Assembly: GCF_000008665.1 (NCBI RefSeq)
Contig: NC_000917.1
Location: 750,001-782,000 of the forward strand
Source: Archaeoglobus fulgidus DSM 4304
GTDB lineage: Archaea; Halobacteriota; Archaeoglobi; Archaeoglobales; Archaeoglobaceae
DNA: 32,000 nt
Direction of reading: 5' to 3'
The notes beneath the pieces are model-generated. The model did not search any database, was not told the DNA's origin, and saw nothing but the letters and a program-made list of their open reading frames with translations. Both the position numbers and the translations under genes were made by a program. Every line of letters begins with the position of its first letter. Position 1 is the stretch's first letter. Positions 24,882-32,000 of the stretch are shown piece after piece.

Positions 24882-25889
24882 TTATTTAAATGTAGCGAGT
24901 TCAAACAGCACTTCCTCAACCTTCAGTCCTTCATAAAGGACTCTGTAGATGCTGTCGAGCAGCTTTGTGTCTGCATTTATTTTGCTGGACAGCCTGTATG
25001 CTTTCTCTGCCGTTTTGTAGCCCTCAACCACACCAACTCCTCTCCTCTCAAGCTCCTCCATCGCCTCATCGATGCTAAGCCCCTTTCCAAGCAGCTCTCC
25101 CAGCATCCCGTTCCTTCCTCCCCTGAAGGTTGCGATGAGGTCTCCAAATCCGGAAAGGCCAAAGGCGGTCTCTCTATCCCCTCCGAGAATCTCTATCAGC
25201 TCTGCCATCTCGTTTATGGCTCTCGTTGCAATCACTCCCTTTGCATTGCTCATCTCAACGTTTTTTCTGCTCTCGTAGCCCCTTATCCATGCAATGGCTA
25301 TGGAATAAACGTTTTTGAGGGCGGAGGTTATTTCCGTGCCAATTATGTCTGTTGTTACTTCAACGCCAAAGTACTCTGTCTCAAAGATTTCTTTCATTTT
25401 ATTGGCCGAGCTTTCGGATGGGCTGCTGAAAACAACGGTTGTGGGCATGCGTTTCGCCACCTCTCTTGCAATAGCGGGCCCGGTTATCGCCACAGTCCTT
25501 TCCCTCAAATCGTGCTTTAACCTCCATACAGCTTCGGGAACCGTCAGAACACTGTTATCAAAATCAATCAGCCCTTTAGAGATGAGTACGATGTACTGGT
25601 CCTTGAGATACGGGAGAATTCTGCTCATTACGGGCAGCACGCCATCCGTGCTAACACCCAGAAGTACAACCTCTGCATTCTCCAAACATTTTTCAAGCTG
25701 CTCTGGCCAGAAAATTTCCACGCCATTGAGCTTTACACCAAGCCTTGGATGCTCTCTGCCGGCTGAGATTGATTTTAAAATCTCCGTATCGAACTCGGTC
25801 CCCCAGATTCTCACTTCGTTGCCGTTATCTACGAGCGGGACGGAGAGGGCTGAGCCCATTGCACCCGCTCCCAGTATCGAAACAATCAT
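24882..25889 (-). CDS. gpsA: NAD(P)H-dependent sn-glycerol-3-phosphate dehydrogenase
   Basis: 335 aa. N-terminal GAGAMGSA Rossmann and a GpsA-type C-terminal domain (GFGDLIATF..GRN, VEG). Length matches my recollection of the structurally characterised A. fulgidus enzyme. Confidence 0.9.
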   Translation of the reverse strand: MIVSILGAGAMGSALSVPLVDNGNEVRIWGTEFDTEILKSISAGREHPRLGVKLNGVEIFWPEQLEKCLENAEVVLLGVSTDGVLPVMSRILPYLKDQYIVLISKGLIDFDNSVLTVPEAVWRLKHDLRERTVAITGPAIAREVAKRMPTTVVFSSPSESSANKMKEIFETEYFGVEVTTDIIGTEITSALKNVYSIAIAWIRGYESRKNVEMSNAKGVIATRAINEMAELIEILGGDRETAFGLSGFGDLIATFRGGRNGMLGELLGKGLSIDEAMEELERRGVGVVEGYKTAEKAYRLSSKINADTKLLDSIYRVLYEGLKVEEVLFELATFK

Positions 25890-25952
25890 GATGTAGCTAT
25901 GATTAGAATTACAAAAAGCTAACGTTTATATTGTCTCCGTCCAAATGCAGTT

Positions 25953-26147
25953 ATGCCCGGCATCGTCCCTCACAGGCACTGCGTGGTTTGTGGCAAGGCC
26001 ATTGAGCCTGACCAGCAGGTTTGCAGCGATGAGTGTGGAGAGATACTCAACAAAGAGAGGAAGAGGCAGAGGAACTTCATGATTCTGATGTTCGGAATTC
26101 TGATTCTGCTGCTTGTGATGATGTGGCTGCCCTATTTTAAGATTTAA
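25953..26147 (+). CDS. Small zinc-ribbon protein with C-terminal TM helix (DUF2116-like)
   Basis: 64 aa. HRHCVVCGKAI...VCSDEC zinc ribbon, a basic linker KERKRQR, then the hydrophobic tail FMILMFGILILLLVMMWL. TTTATATT box centred about 25 nt upstream, giving leaderless geometry. Confidence 0.6.
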   Translation: MPGIVPHRHCVVCGKAIEPDQQVCSDECGEILNKERKRQRNFMILMFGILILLLVMMWLPYFKI

Positions 26148-26151
26148 CTTT

Positions 26152-27525
26152 TTAACACTCACACTCCTCTCCAGGCACTGAAACGGGGTATTTGGAGGTC
26201 AGACAGGCAAGGCAGTATCCCCTCTTTCCACCCGCCCTCCTAACCGCTTCGAGAAGACCTTCCAGGCTCAGGTAGGCGAGGCTATCCGTTCCGAAAATTC
26301 TCCCTATCTCCTCAACGGTATGGCTGGCGGCTATCAGCTCCTCCCTCGATTTCATGTCTATTCCGAAGTAGCACGGGGCTATGATTGGGGGGCTGCCGAT
26401 TCTCATGTGCACCTCCTTTGCTCCCGCGTCTTTTATCATCTGCACGATTCTCCTTGAGGTGGTCCCTCTCACTATGCTGTCGTCAACCAGCACAACCCTC
26501 CTCCCCCTCACGTTCTCCCTGACGACGTTTACCTTCAGCCTCACTGACGTCTCCCTTAGACTCTGAACCGGCATTATGAAAGTCCTGCCCACGTATCTGT
26601 TCTTTATCAAGCCCTCAAAGTAAGGCAGCCCTGATTCCTGAGCGTAGCCTATTGCCGCGGTTATTCCGCTGTCGGGTACAGCTGAAACGAAGTCAGCTTC
26701 GACAGGAGACTCCCTCGCCAGAACCTTTCCCATCTCGCTTCTCGCTTTGTAAACGCTTATTCCGTCAATTATTGAGTCCGGGCGGGCGAAGTATATGTAC
26801 TCGAAAATGCAAACAGCTCTCCTCTCCGATTTGGCGATTTTTACGAACTCAAGCTCACCATCTTTTATAATCGCCGCTTTCCCAGGCTGTACGTCTCTTA
26901 TAAACTCTCCACCGAGAGCATCGATTGCGCAGCTTTCGCTGCATATCACATAACCATCATCAATCCTTCCAACGCACAGCGGCTTGAAGCCGAGAGGGTC
27001 GCGGTAGCCTATCACCGCATCGTCAACGAGCATGGTCATGGTGTAGCTGCCCACAAGTGATTCGTTCAGCCTTTCAAGAGCATTTATGATGTCCCCTTCC
27101 TCGATCAGAAACTTTGAGAGCAGCTGGGAAATTACCTCGGTATCTGAATCGGTTGTGAAAACCCTTCCCTCGTTTTCCAGCTCGTTTCTCAGCTGAGAGT
27201 AGTTAACGAGGTTTCCGTTATGTGCTACAGCTATGTATCCCGCCTTTGATTTGACGACGAAAGGCTGAGCGTTCTCAAGTCTCGACCTACCGGTCGTTGA
27301 GTATCTGACGTGGCCGATTACCGATTTGCCTGCAAGCAGCTCAAAGTCCTCGTCGTTGAAAACCTCGGTGACGAGGCCCATGCCCCTCTTCTGCCTTATG
27401 TGGTTGTCAAAGGACGCGATACCTGCCGACTCCTGACCGCGATGCTGAAGGGAGAAGAGAGAATAGTAGGCGAGTCGGGGAGCAAGCTCCCCGTCAGGAT
27501 GGTATATACCTACAACCCCACACAT
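26152..27525 (-). CDS. purF: Amidophosphoribosyltransferase (glutamine PRPP amidotransferase)
   Basis: 457 aa. N-terminal MCGVVGI (Ntn Cys), the PRPP-binding loop VVLVDDSIVRGTT, and C-terminal Cys residues compatible with a 4Fe-4S cluster. Confidence 0.95.
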   Translation of the reverse strand: MCGVVGIYHPDGELAPRLAYYSLFSLQHRGQESAGIASFDNHIRQKRGMGLVTEVFNDEDFELLAGKSVIGHVRYSTTGRSRLENAQPFVVKSKAGYIAVAHNGNLVNYSQLRNELENEGRVFTTDSDTEVISQLLSKFLIEEGDIINALERLNESLVGSYTMTMLVDDAVIGYRDPLGFKPLCVGRIDDGYVICSESCAIDALGGEFIRDVQPGKAAIIKDGELEFVKIAKSERRAVCIFEYIYFARPDSIIDGISVYKARSEMGKVLARESPVEADFVSAVPDSGITAAIGYAQESGLPYFEGLIKNRYVGRTFIMPVQSLRETSVRLKVNVVRENVRGRRVVLVDDSIVRGTTSRRIVQMIKDAGAKEVHMRIGSPPIIAPCYFGIDMKSREELIAASHTVEEIGRIFGTDSLAYLSLEGLLEAVRRAGGKRGYCLACLTSKYPVSVPGEECEC

Positions 27526-27704
27526 TTACGTTCTGTTTTTCTTCTTTCTAACCCAGTTGTAGCTTCTAAGCCTCTTGCTCCTTCCGAACCCACATGCAGC
27601 GCAATAACCCTTTCTTCTGTGGAATGAGTGCCTTCCACACCTTCTGCACCTGATATGAACTCTCTTTCTGCCCTTCTTACCCATCGCAGCCGTTCCGTCC
27701 GACA

Positions 27705-27705
<1 letters not shown>
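27526..27705 (-). CDS. rpl37e: Ribosomal protein eL37 (L37e)
   Basis: [43 protein letters not shown] with a C4 zinc ribbon. The ATG at 27705 shares its A with the Sm1 stop (TGATG). The track start at 27708 is GTG. An internal ATG (MGKKG) is an alternative. Confidence 0.9.
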
Positions 27706-27959
<254 letters not shown>

Positions 27960-28045
27960 CTAAGGTTCGTTGCAGGAGGAGTTATTTAAAAATATCGCTG
28001 AACCCGAATTTTGCCAGATGCTGAGAGCTTAAAGGCACACAAGTC

Positions 28046-28060
28046 GAAAACATTTTTAAC
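28046..28060 (+). promoter_or_regulatory. Putative BRE/TATA for tRNA-Gly
   Basis: GAAAAACATTTTTAAC, with the TTTTTAA core 24-30 nt upstream of the tRNA 5' end at 28083. Confidence 0.4.
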
Positions 28061-28082
28061 CCTGAAGCTCCAGCAATGACAA

Positions 28083-28153
28083 GCGCGGGTAGTCTAGCGG
28101 TAGGACAACGCCCTTCCGAGGCGTTAGCCCGGGTTCGAATCCCGGCCCGCGCA
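28083..28153 (+). tRNA. tRNA-Gly (anticodon UCC)
   Basis: GCGCGGG TA GTCT AGCGGTA GGAC A ACGCC CTTCCGA GGCGT TAG CCCGG GTTCGAATCCCGG CCCGCGC A. All four stems pair. Anticodon at 28115..28117. No encoded CCA. A T5 tract follows. Confidence 0.92.
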
Positions 28154-28264
28154 CATTGGTTTTTAATTGCCTCCATCCGAAGAAACTTTTATAGGGAATC
28201 ATGCTAGAATTGGTGGTATGTACAGAGCAAAGATTGTTGCTGAAAATAATCAGGCGGTGATGGG

Positions 28265-30019
28265 ATGAAGTTAAAACTTCTACTGGTTATTTCAATTATT
28301 GTTGTTCTCTCCTCCACCTCCCAGGCAGCAACAATAACAATTCTTCACACCAACGACGAGCATTCCGCATTAATCCCATACCACGGAAAAGGGGGGTTTG
28401 CGAAGCTTGCCTACTTAGTGAAAGAGCTGGAAAAAGATAAGCAGAACGTAATTCTCGTTTCGGCGGGGGATTACATCGGTGGAACTCCCTTTTCGTGGCT
28501 GATAGCAGAAGGCTACTCACCTGAGATTTCAATAATGCAGAAAGTAGGCTACGACGTCGTCACAATAGGAAATCACGAGTTCGATTATACCTCAAAGGCC
28601 CTTCAAGGCTACCTGCAGAACGTGACGATACCGGTGGTGGCGACAAATGTTCATGCTGAGGGGCCGCTTGGAGAGGTTCTAAAAAAGCACTACATCGCCA
28701 ACGTTGGCGGGGTTAAGGTCGGTTTCATCGGAATACTTGGCGTTGATGCTCAGAGAAAGGTGTATTCCCACGAAAACGTCACCTTTGAAGACCCTGTTGT
28801 TGCAGCTAAAGAGGCTGTTGAAGATCTTGTGAGAGAGGGAGCGGAGGTTATCATCGCTCTGTCTCACTCAGGAATCGATGAGGACCTCGTTCTTGCAGAG
28901 GAGGTGCCTGAAATAGACGTCATCATAGCAGGCCACGACCACAGGGTGCTCGAAGAACCGATTGTCACCCCCGGAGGGACAGTAATCGTGGAAACCGGAG
29001 ACAGTCTCAGATATCTGGGTGTTCTGGAGATTGAATACGAAGATGAAGTTAAGCTCAAAAGCTACAGCCTTTTGGAAATCAACGACAGCATTCCTGACGA
29101 CCCCGAAGTAGGTTTGATGGTTCAAAACTACGTTGAAAAGCTGAATGCCTTTGTGAAGGAAAGAAGTGGGTTTAACAGCATTTTCGAAACGGTGGTGAGA
29201 TCGGACTTCAGCCTGACCACTCAGAAGTTCAGGGAGTCAAACCTGGGTGACTTCATAACCGACGCCATGCGCTTCGCTGTTGAGAAGGCTACGGGTGAGA
29301 AAGCAGATATTGCAGTCTTCGCCAACGGGGAGATTAGAGGTAACATCACTCCGGTTAATGGCGAAATTTCCCTTTACAACCTCCTTGTTCCCGTAAGCCT
29401 TGGAGTGGGGAGCGACGGCAGTGCAGGCTATTCCCTGGTTAGCTTCTACCTCACGGGGGATGAAATATACAAAGTTCTCGAAATTGCGGTATTGCTACAG
29501 AAATTCTACGGTGATGACTTTTTTCTGCAGTTTTCAGGCTTGAGGGTTTACTACAACCCCGACAATGCCCTGATAGATCTTCCTTTTATCGACAAGAAAA
29601 TCCCCACCGTTCTTCTTCCCGGAAACCTGGGAGCGGTGGTGAAGGCCGAAACCTCGGAGGGTGAAATTGAGCGTGACAAACTTTACAGAGTCGTTACCGA
29701 CAACTACATCCTCTCCTTCCTCCCCAAGGTTGCGGAAGTTCTGCCGCAGCTCACAGTTGTGCCGAAGGACAAGCATGGAAATGCAATACCTCCTGAAAGG
29801 TTCGGCGAGCTTGTTATAAAGGCCAATGGAAGGGAGGTGAAGGTCTGGGAGGCCGTGGTTGATTACGCTCGCTCAATGGGGAAGATAGACGATAGGTACA
29901 AAAATGCCAACAACCGAATCAACGAGGTGTGGAGCTTTCCTGCTGTGGGCTATATATTAGCACCTATTGCTGTCGCAGCAGCGGTGGTTGCAGCGGTGGC
30001 AATAAGAAAAAGAGGCTAA
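28265..30019 (+). CDS. Secreted/anchored metallophosphoesterase of the 5'-nucleotidase / 2',3'-cyclic-nucleotide phosphodiesterase (UshA/CpdB) family
   Basis: 584 aa. Signal peptide MKLKLLLVISIIVVLSSTSQA. Calcineurin-like motifs HTNDEHS, SAGDYIGG, GNHEFD, LSHSG, GHDH. A 5'-nucleotidase C-terminal substrate domain. A C-terminal hydrophobic helix plus RKRG. GGTGAT SD-like motif before the ATG. Confidence 0.85.
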   Translation: MKLKLLLVISIIVVLSSTSQAATITILHTNDEHSALIPYHGKGGFAKLAYLVKELEKDKQNVILVSAGDYIGGTPFSWLIAEGYSPEISIMQKVGYDVVTIGNHEFDYTSKALQGYLQNVTIPVVATNVHAEGPLGEVLKKHYIANVGGVKVGFIGILGVDAQRKVYSHENVTFEDPVVAAKEAVEDLVREGAEVIIALSHSGIDEDLVLAEEVPEIDVIIAGHDHRVLEEPIVTPGGTVIVETGDSLRYLGVLEIEYEDEVKLKSYSLLEINDSIPDDPEVGLMVQNYVEKLNAFVKERSGFNSIFETVVRSDFSLTTQKFRESNLGDFITDAMRFAVEKATGEKADIAVFANGEIRGNITPVNGEISLYNLLVPVSLGVGSDGSAGYSLVSFYLTGDEIYKVLEIAVLLQKFYGDDFFLQFSGLRVYYNPDNALIDLPFIDKKIPTVLLPGNLGAVVKAETSEGEIERDKLYRVVTDNYILSFLPKVAEVLPQLTVVPKDKHGNAIPPERFGELVIKANGREVKVWEAVVDYARSMGKIDDRYKNANNRINEVWSFPAVGYILAPIAVAAAVVAAVAIRKRG

Positions 30020-30112
30020 AAGCTCAAGGATTGAAATCGCAGAGACAAAACCTAAACTGAACCACAAACTTTATATACCGGATAAGTAATTATTTTTCAT
30101 TACATAACGGAG

Positions 30113-30526
30113 GTGGTAGCATCGTACGAGATAGAGTTTATCGGGGAAGGAGAAGTTGCAGGCATTTTGAGGGAAGCTCTGAGAACGGATAGCAGGGTTG
30201 AGAGCTTCGAGGAGTTCGAAAGAGGGTTCAAGCTGAGGTTGGTTGGTGCGAAAAGGAGGATAACGATAGTCTGCAAGGGAAGCGTTCAAAGCGACGATTG
30301 TTTGCTAATCGTGAATGCGAGAAAAATGCCTGAGAACGGAGGAATTGCGTTAAACGCGGATAAAATTGCGGAAAGGTGCGGAAGTAAGCCTGAAATTGCA
30401 ATGCTCGGAGCGATAGCAAAGCTGGGAGTTGTGGACCTGAAACGTCTGATGAGCGTGATATACAGAGAAATGGGCTACGGGGACGTGTTAGCGGTCAAAA
30501 AGGGGTTTGAGGCGACTAATATTTAA
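30113..30526 (+). CDS. Orphan, degenerate 2-oxoacid:ferredoxin oxidoreductase gamma-subunit-like protein
   Basis: 137 aa. The C-terminal part EIAMLGAIAKLGVVDLKRLMSVIYREMG...AVKKGFEA parallels NTAILGA.AK.TGL...E....AI of POR/VOR gamma subunits. The N-terminal G.GGQG loop is reduced to GEGEVAG. GTG start (uncertain). TTATATA box at 30070..30077. Confidence 0.45.
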   Translation: MVASYEIEFIGEGEVAGILREALRTDSRVESFEEFERGFKLRLVGAKRRITIVCKGSVQSDDCLLIVNARKMPENGGIALNADKIAERCGSKPEIAMLGAIAKLGVVDLKRLMSVIYREMGYGDVLAVKKGFEATNI

Positions 30527-30540
30527 TTTTATTTTTATTT
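30527..30540 (+). terminator. Oligo-T terminator candidate (TTTTATTTTTATTT)
   Basis: It follows the TAA at 30524..30526 directly. Confidence 0.4.
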
Positions 30541-30648
30541 CATTATGTTTGATACTCGTGCGAACTTAGAGGTTAATGATGCAATTGGTTTTCAGAAACT
30601 CCTGCAAGTTTCATTTTTGTGACAATCCTGCCAATCGTCTTTATCACC

Positions 30649-30654
30649 AAAAAA
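30649..30654 (-). terminator. T6 tract 3 nt after the tRNA-Arg 3' end
   Basis: Minus strand reads ...CGGGCCC G GTA TTTTTT GG. Confidence 0.45.
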
Positions 30655-30657
30655 TAC

Positions 30658-30729
30658 CGGGCCCGCCGGGAATTGAACCCGGGTCGGAGGTTCCGGAGAC
30701 CTCCAGGATATCCACTACCCCACGGGCCC
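30658..30729 (-). tRNA. tRNA-Arg (anticodon CCG)
   Basis: Minus strand: GGGCCCG TG GGGT AGTGGATA TCCT G GAGGT CTCCGGA ACCTC CGAC CCGGG TTCAATT CCCGG CGGGCCC G. Anticodon at 30696..30694. No encoded CCA. Confidence 0.9.
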
Positions 30730-31308
30730 CCAAATTATACCCTCCCTTTCAAGGATGAATTTTGCCCACTTAAGCTTTTTCAGCTTGACAGGGTTATCAG
30801 CTTTCTCAAAATCAAAGCCGTAGAGTCTTATTCTCCTCGCCCCGAACTTCTTTGCCAGCAATGCAGCCCTGTCTCCATCTGTGAAGCCACCAAAGTTGTA
30901 GATTCTGTCGAAAGGTGTGCTCTGAGTCGTTCCCACAAATCTTTGCACTACTGGAACAACCCTCTTTATCCTTTCCACATTGTCCCCATGAGCGTGCAGA
31001 ACAAGAATGCATCCCCTCTCCTCCAAACTTGCCAAGATTTTCTCATCCTCCTCCATGTCGGTTACATGAATATGCGGAACGAAATTGACCTTGTTTACGG
31101 CCTTTCCTGCCGTAATTACTACCTCCTCTCTGATACTCTCACCCTCATAAGCCCCACCGATTACCGCCACGCTTTTCCCCCTTATGAATTCAAGAACAGA
31201 GCTTTCAAGCAGCCTGTCCCCAGCCAGCTCCTTCATCAGCCTTGCAGCCCTCTCATCCTCTTCCCTGCTGAATCCGAAATCCCTGAGAATTTGCTCGTAA
31301 ATCTCCAT
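30715..31308 (-). CDS. mptE: DUF115 / MptE-like protein (archaeal 6-hydroxymethyl-7,8-dihydropterin pyrophosphokinase family)
   Basis: 197 aa. HVTDMEED, LVLHAHGDN and GGFTDGDRA match the conserved acidic/His motifs I recall for the MJ1634 (MptE) family. The last 15 nt, including the TAG stop, lie inside tRNA-Arg. Confidence 0.6.
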   Translation of the reverse strand: MEIYEQILRDFGFSREEDERAARLMKELAGDRLLESSVLEFIRGKSVAVIGGAYEGESIREEVVITAGKAVNKVNFVPHIHVTDMEEDEKILASLEERGCILVLHAHGDNVERIKRVVPVVQRFVGTTQSTPFDRIYNFGGFTDGDRAALLAKKFGARRIRLYGFDFEKADNPVKLKKLKWAKFILEREGIIWGPVG

Positions 31309-31322
31309 CCACTCTTCAAGAT

Positions 31323-32000
31323 TCAGCTTCCCACCTCCAGAATCTCGCTCTCCTCTACCGCTTTCCTTTCAAGTTCCTCAAAACCCTCGTATTTAACGAC
31401 GTCTTCAATTTTCGCCCTTGTCTCGGGATGCTGGGCAACCATGAAGCTGCAGCAGTCCTCGTAGGGAAGAATGGAAATCTCGTAAGTTTCAATTCTCTTT
31501 GCAATGGCAACAATCTCCTCCTTGTCCATTCCTATCAGTGGTGGAAGAACCGCAAGCTTTGAGGCTGAGTAAATGACATTGATGTTGTCGAGCGTCTGGC
31601 TCGCAACCTGAGAGAGGCTGTCTCCCGTGACTACGGCCTTACATCCCTCCTTTTCTGCAATAAGGTTGGCCATTCTCATCATGCTCCTTCTGTAAACAAC
31701 CATCCTCAGCTTGGGCGGAACCCTGTTGATTATCTCAAACTGCACCTCCTTAAACGGCACCATGTAAAGCTTAATTTTTCCTTGGTACTCAGCAAGCTTC
31801 TCAGCAAGCATCCTTATCTTCTCCCTCACCTTTGGGGAGTGCATGGTCTGGTTGAAGAAGTGGACAGCCACCACCTCACAGCCCCTCTTCATCGCCATAA
31901 ATGCAGCAACGGGACTGTCTATCCCTCCTGAAATGAGAGCAACAACTTTTCCGGCAACACCAACCGGCAGGCCACCAATCCCCTCGTACCTCTTCGAGTA
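31323..32000 (-). CDS. thiI: tRNA 4-thiouridine synthase / sulfurtransferase ThiI, C-terminal PP-loop half (5' part beyond the window)
   Basis: The track shows 191 aa from an internal Met. The frame stays open upstream to base 32000 ([40 protein letters not shown]), giving the PP-loop SGGIDSPVA. Downstream [12 protein letters not shown] is typical of ThiI. Confidence 0.85.

Noticed and set aside
27982-28176. 64-aa minus-strand ORF
   Set aside because: It completely overlaps tRNA-Gly(UCC) and its promoter, so it is spurious.
28201-28260. 19-codon upstream ORF (MLELVVCTEQRLLLKIIRR) before the phosphoesterase gene
   Set aside because: Its ATG is only about 10 nt from the TATA-like box, so it is probably upstream of the transcription start. 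No SD motif and no conservation evidence are available.
30028-30051. GGATTGAAATCGCAGAGACAAAAC resembles parts of the A. fulgidus CRISPR repeat as I remember it (GTTGAAATCAGACCAAAATGGGATTGAAAG)
   Set aside because: It is a single copy with indels, has no second repeat or spacer periodicity anywhere in the window, and has no cas genes nearby. At best it is a decayed solitary repeat, and my memory of the repeat cannot be verified here.
30592-30647. Possible C/D-box sRNA on the minus strand (GTGATAA ... AATGAAA ... CTGA, 56 nt)
   Set aside because: The C box has a mismatch in the second GA, the D' box is not recognisable, and the terminal stem is weak. It lies directly after the oligo-T terminator of tRNA-Arg with no promoter. 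It is not convincing without expression data.
30619-31464. 281-aa plus-strand ORF spanning tRNA-Arg, the MptE-like gene and the ThiI 3' end
   Set aside because: It is antisense to two well-supported genes and runs straight through a tRNA gene. The Pro/Ser/Leu-rich translation has no domain signature.

Overview
Dense archaeal chromosomal segment. From memory only (no search possible), the gene content points to Archaeoglobus fulgidus or a close relative: LDH-like malate dehydrogenase, an Sm1-L37e pair, NAD(P)-dependent gpsA, and a ~1.2 kb two-ORF IS. I support about 40 protein genes, many joined by 1-4 nt stop/start overlaps. Several ORF-track starts are TTG/GTG and several tracks are over-extended at the 5' end; I re-set these by hand. 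There are three tRNA genes: Leu-CAA with a 15-nt intron at the canonical 37/38 position, Gly-UCC and Arg-CCG. One complete IS element (13060..14272) has 14-bp terminal inverted repeats and an 11-bp target duplication. Housekeeping genes include acyl-CoA dehydrogenase, NhaP-type antiporter, Nnr, GlyA, an NSUN m5C methyltransferase, Mdh, HPS, RtcB, GlpK, GpsA, PurF, L37e, Sm1, a secreted 5'-nucleotidase-family phosphoesterase, MptE-like and ThiI. No CRISPR array, rRNA or recognisable defence system is present. Candidates worth a second look: (1) a four-gene translationally coupled cassette of CBS-Zn-ribbon, 4xCBS, Rnl3-type RNA ligase and a DUF1464 ASKHA ATPase; (2) an Nmd3-fragment-like small protein coupled to an archaeal homologue of the human CDIN1/C15orf41 TPD-motif PD-(D/E)xK nuclease, whose last codons were recoded by the IS insertion; (3) a six-gene glycerol operon in which an ADPS-like flavoprotein plus a GlpC/HdrD-like CCG iron-sulfur protein sit between gpsA and glpK; (4) an HPS-RraA-like fusion; (5) rtcB co-oriented 61 nt upstream of the intron-bearing tRNA-Leu; (6) a CDS whose last 15 nt, including its stop codon, lie inside tRNA-Arg. 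All functional links are inference from sequence and gene order.
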